Shown here: piece by piece, positions 60,644 through 64,000 of the stretch
How positions within the stretch are numbered: position 1 is the stretch's first letter
Layout of the letters: every line of letters begins with the position of its first letter
Assembly: GCA_019751915.1 (NCBI GenBank)
Contig: JAIEMS010000012.1
Span: forward strand, 59,582 to 123,581
Length of the DNA stretch: 64,000 bases
Direction of reading: 5' to 3'
Source of the DNA: Burkholderiaceae bacterium
GTDB lineage: Bacteria > Pseudomonadota > Gammaproteobacteria > Burkholderiales > Burkholderiaceae_C
The notes under the pieces: generated by a model
Told to the model about the DNA's origin: nothing
Seen by the model: only the letters and a program-made list of their open reading frames with translations
Database searches by the model: none
Position numbers and translations under genes: made by a program

Positions 60644-61990
60644 TTAGAGCTTTTTGACCAGCACCTGACTGCGCCGATCCCAGTTGTATTTGCGTTTGCG
60701 CGCATCGGGCAACCAATCGGGATCGACCGGCTGAAAACCGCGCTTGATAAACCAGTGCATGGTGCGTGTGGTCAGCACAAAAATGCTGCTCAGGCCCATG
60801 GCCTTGGCGCGCTGCTCAATGCGCTTGAGCAGCTTTTCGCCGTCGCCCGTGCCTTGGCTTTGCGGCGATACCGTCACAGCGGCCATCTCGGCGGTGCTGA
60901 CTTCGGGGTATGGGTACAGGGCCGCGCAGCCAAAAATCACACCGTCGTGCTCGATGATGGTGTAGTTCTCGATATCGCGTTCAATCTCGGTGCGGTCGCG
61001 CTTGACCAGCGTGCCATCTTTCTCGAACGGCTCAATCAGTTGCAAGATGCCGCCCACATCGTCGGCGGTGGCTTCGCGCAGCTCTTCGAGTTTTTCATCG
61101 ACGATCATGGTGCCGATGCCATCGTGCACGTACACCTCCAGCAGCAGCGCGCCATCGGTGGAAAACGGCAAAATGTGGCTGCGCTCGACACCGCCTTTGC
61201 AGGCTTGAACGCAGTATTTCAGGTAAAAACCCGTGTCCGTCGGGTTCAAAGCCGGTGGCAAGCTCTTGAGCAAGGCTTGGGCCGTGTCCAGCGGCAGCTC
61301 GGTGTCGATGGGGTTATCTTCGCTGGCAGGCTCAGTGGGGTGGATCAAGATGCCCGGAATTTCGGTCAAAAAGATCAGTTTGTCGGCCTGCAATTCAATG
61401 GCGACGCTGGTGGCGACCTCTTCCATCGACAAATTAAAAGCCTCGCCGGTGGGCGAAAAGCCAAACGGTGACAGCAGCACCATCGCGCCAAAATTGAGCG
61501 AATGGGTAATGCTGGCGACATCGACCTTGCGCACCAGCCCCGAGTGTTTGAAATCGACCCCATCGACAATGCCCACGGGCCGCGCGGTGATGAAGTTGCC
61601 CGAAATCATGCGGACTTTAGACCCCGCCATCGGCGTATTGGGCAAGCCTTGGCTGAAGGCGGCCTCGATTTCGTAGCGCAATTGACCAGCGGCTTCTTGG
61701 GCGCAATCGAGGGCGATTTCGTCGGTGATGCGAATGCCCTGAGCGTACTGGGGTGCATGGCCCTTGGCCTGCAATTGCTCATTGACCTGTGGGCGAAAAC
61801 CATGCACCAGCACAATTTTGACCCCCATACTCTGAATCAGCGCCAAATCTTGGGCAATGCTGGGCAGCTTGCCGGCGGCAATGGCCTCGCCCGCGATGCC
61901 GACGACAAAAGTTTTGCCTCGGTGCATATGAATGTAGGGTGCTACCGAACGAAACCAAGGCACAAAAGTGAAATTAAAAACAGTGGACAT
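60644..61990 (-). CDS. argA: Amino-acid N-acetyltransferase (N-acetylglutamate synthase)
   Basis: 448 aa with an N-terminal amino-acid-kinase fold (FVPWFRSVAPYIHMHRGKTFVV) plus a C-terminal GNAT domain. Confidence 0.93.
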   Translation of the reverse strand: MSTVFNFTFVPWFRSVAPYIHMHRGKTFVVGIAGEAIAAGKLPSIAQDLALIQSMGVKIVLVHGFRPQVNEQLQAKGHAPQYAQGIRITDEIALDCAQEAAGQLRYEIEAAFSQGLPNTPMAGSKVRMISGNFITARPVGIVDGVDFKHSGLVRKVDVASITHSLNFGAMVLLSPFGFSPTGEAFNLSMEEVATSVAIELQADKLIFLTEIPGILIHPTEPASEDNPIDTELPLDTAQALLKSLPPALNPTDTGFYLKYCVQACKGGVERSHILPFSTDGALLLEVYVHDGIGTMIVDEKLEELREATADDVGGILQLIEPFEKDGTLVKRDRTEIERDIENYTIIEHDGVIFGCAALYPYPEVSTAEMAAVTVSPQSQGTGDGEKLLKRIEQRAKAMGLSSIFVLTTRTMHWFIKRGFQPVDPDWLPDARKRKYNWDRRSQVLVKKL

Positions 61991-62069
61991 GCGCTGTAGC
62001 GAGGGAAGGTCAATGGGGTAAAACCAGCATCGGCTGGGATAATCCGCGATTCTCTACGAAGTCGCTACC

Positions 62070-64000
62070 TTGTCTGCTCAAGCCCCCGCCTCCCCCCTGA
62101 AAATCACTTTTCCTGAGTCGCTGCCCGTATCGGGCCGACGCGACGAGATCATGGCTGCTTTGCAAAAGCACCAAGTCATCATCGTTTGCGGCGAGACCGG
62201 CTCGGGCAAAACGACGCAACTGCCCAAAATCGCGCTGGCACTAGGCCGTGGCAAGTGCAATGCTGCACCCGGCCAAAAAGGCCAACTCATCGGCCACACC
62301 CAGCCCCGGCGCATTGCCGCCAGCAGCGTGGCAAAACGCATTGCCGAGGAACTCAACACCCCGCTGGGGGATGTGGTCGGCTACAAGGTGCGCTTTCAAG
62401 ACCGGCTCTCACGCGAGGCCTCGGTCAAGCTGATGACCGACGGTATTTTGTTGGCCGAAACGCAAACCGACCCGCTGCTCAAAGCCTACGACACCATCAT
62501 CATTGACGAGGCCCACGAGCGCAGCCTGAACATTGACTTTTTGCTGGGCTACCTGCGGCAAATTTTGCCGCGCCGACCCGATTTAAAAATCATTGTGACC
62601 TCGGCCACCATCGATGCCGACCGCTTTGCCCGCCACTTTGCCAGCTTGCGTCCCACGCCGGGCCATGCAGGGGCCAAGGGAGGTGAAAAAAGCCACGAGT
62701 TGGTGCCAGCGCCGGTCATCATGGTTTCGGGGCGAACCTTTCCGGTCGAGCAACGTTGGCGACCCTTTGAGGAAAGCCGCGATTACGGCCTCAACGATGC
62801 CATTGCCGATGGTGTCGATGAACTCTGGCAAGGCCATGCAGCGGGCGACATTCTGGTGTTTTTGCCCGGCGAGCGCGAAATCCGCGAAGCCGCCGACCAC
62901 CTGCGAAAACACTTGGCCCACCACCCTATCACCCGCAACGCCGAGGTGCTGCCGCTGTTTGCCCGCCTAAGCCAAGCCGAGCAAGACCGCATTTTTGACG
63001 GCCACACCGGACGGCGCATCATTTTGGCAACCAACGTGGCCGAAACGTCGCTGACGGTTCCGGGCATCCGTTATGTGATTGACGCAGGCACAGCAAGGGT
63101 TAAGCGCTACAGTTTAAGGAGCAAAGTCGAGCAATTGCTGGTCGAGCCCATCAGCCAAGCAGCGGCCAACCAACGCGCTGGCCGCTGTGGCCGCGTCGCC
63201 AACGGCATTTGCATTCGGCTGTACGAAGAAACCGACTTTACCGGTCGTCCGCGCTTTACCGACCCCGAGATTTTGCGCAGCTCGTTGGCCGGGGTCATTT
63301 TGCGGATGAAGTCGCTACACCTCGGTGTGGTCGAAGATTTTCCGTTCATTGATGCGCCCTCGGGTCGGGCTATTGCCGATGGCTACCAGTTGCTGACCGA
63401 ATTGGGCGCAGTCGATGAGAAAAACGAACTGACACCGATGGGCCGGGAGCTGTCGAAACTGCCACTGGACCCGCGCGTTGGTCGAATGATTTTGGAGGCG
63501 CGCGCGCGCGGGGCCTTGAATGAAATTCTCATCATCGCCAGCGCCCTAAGTTTGCAAGATGTGCGCGATCGCCCCATGGATGCGCAGCAGCAGGCCGACC
63601 AGCAACACGCCAAGTTTGACGACGACAAAAGCGAATTCAGCGGCTACCTGACGCTGTGGAAGTGGCTGCAAGAGGCGCGCGGTGGTGCACCCACATTGCC
63701 CTCGGCACGGGTGCAGCAGCAAGCAGCGGCGCGGCGCAAGGGCGGGGCGGCGCAGCAGGCGTTTTTGCCCGTCGCACAGCGCAGTGTCGGTGCAACACCA
63801 GCGCCGACACCGCAACCGGCACCCAGCGCCAAACCGCCCCAGCACCGGGCTGCTGTGCCCGCTGCCAACGCGGTACCGACCCACAAACTGAGCAACCGCC
63901 AGTACGAGCAGTTGCTGCGGCAAAACTTTATCAACGTACGCCGGGTGCGCGAATGGCGCGACGTGCACAGCCAACTGCTGACGGTGGTGGCCGAGCACGG
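62070..64000 (+). CDS. hrpA: ATP-dependent RNA helicase HrpA (N-terminal ~643 aa; runs off the right window edge)
   Basis: My own translation gives ...ITFPESLPVSGRRDEIMAALQKHQVIIVCGETGSGKTTQLPK, IIIDEAHERS, IIVTSATID and TNVAETSLTVPGI. The frame opens after TAA at 62040. The start is probably TTG 62070 (MSAQAP...) or ATG 62151. It is absent from the ORF track because there is no stop in the window. Confidence 0.9.
   Translation, partial: MSAQAPASPLKITFPESLPVSGRRDEIMAALQKHQVIIVCGETGSGKTTQLPKIALALGRGKCNAAPGQKGQLIGHTQPRRIAASSVAKRIAEELNTPLGDVVGYKVRFQDRLSREASVKLMTDGILLAETQTDPLLKAYDTIIIDEAHERSLNIDFLLGYLRQILPRRPDLKIIVTSATIDADRFARHFASLRPTPGHAGAKGGEKSHELVPAPVIMVSGRTFPVEQRWRPFEESRDYGLNDAIADGVDELWQGHAAGDILVFLPGEREIREAADHLRKHLAHHPITRNAEVLPLFARLSQAEQDRIFDGHTGRRIILATNVAETSLTVPGIRYVIDAGTARVKRYSLRSKVEQLLVEPISQAAANQRAGRCGRVANGICIRLYEETDFTGRPRFTDPEILRSSLAGVILRMKSLHLGVVEDFPFIDAPSGRAIADGYQLLTELGAVDEKNELTPMGRELSKLPLDPRVGRMILEARARGALNEILIIASALSLQDVRDRPMDAQQQADQQHAKFDDDKSEFSGYLTLWKWLQEARGGAPTLPSARVQQQAAARRKGGAAQQAFLPVAQRSVGATPAPTPQPAPSAKPPQHRAAVPAANAVPTHKLSNRQYEQLLRQNFINVRRVREWRDVHSQLLTVVAEH

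Noticed and set aside
59286-61471. Long + strand ORFs (59286-60647, 453 aa; 60272-61471, 399 aa)
   Set aside because: They are antisense to the PaaK-like ligase and argA. Their composition is biased to Arg/Gly/Ala/His and they carry no motifs.
1-64000. Search by eye for CRISPR arrays, tRNA/rRNA genes, IS elements, integrases, phage or defence-system genes
   Set aside because: None found. All intergenic spacers are short, except 35946-36723. None shows repeat-spacer periodicity, tRNA T-loop motifs (GGTTCGAATCC-like) or terminal inverted repeats flanking a transposase-like ORF.

Overview
High-GC betaproteobacterial chromosome segment; gene order and protein sequences look Burkholderiales/Comamonadaceae-like. 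It is almost fully coding. I call 58 protein genes and one SRP RNA. Two genes run off the window edges and are absent from the ORF track: a PAS-GGDEF-EAL gene at the left edge and hrpA at the right edge. I saw no tRNA, rRNA, CRISPR array, transposase or integrase. Content left to right: rnhA-yafS-like methyltransferase / gloB-mltD; recR-ybaB-dnaX; cytochrome b561; ffs; plsY; parC; an orphan MCP; ridA; comEC; GNAT plus NPPW methyltransferase; dusC; acyltransferase-3 plus an eptA (MCR-like) gene; the TCA supercluster gltA-sdhE-sdhBADC-gntR / mdh-citE-like-hypothetical-acnB; a two-gene di-iron oxygenase plus reductase cassette; the conserved block hflC-hflK-hflX-hfq-der-bamB-yfgM-hisS-ispG-rodZ-pilW-rlmN-ndk; then rluB, rhlE, small membrane proteins, yciH, metQNI, a PaaK-like ligase, argA and hrpA. 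Points worth a second look: (1) an uncharacterisable ferritin-like di-iron oxygenase with a BenC/MmoC-type [2Fe-2S]-FNR reductase, behind a ~780-bp ORF-free AT-rich leader, sitting where hflC is normally followed by hisZ-purA; (2) an A9 run in dnaX with stops immediately downstream in both alternative frames, a candidate gamma-subunit recoding site; (3) a dispersed 17-nt palindromic motif GCTAY-N7-ATAGC, mostly intergenic, with two AT-rich in-frame copies inside dnaX and comEC; (4) a visibly lower-GC, different-codon-usage ~16-kb stretch (about 36-51.8 kb) made of core genes. All calls rest on reading translations and motifs by eye; no searches were run.
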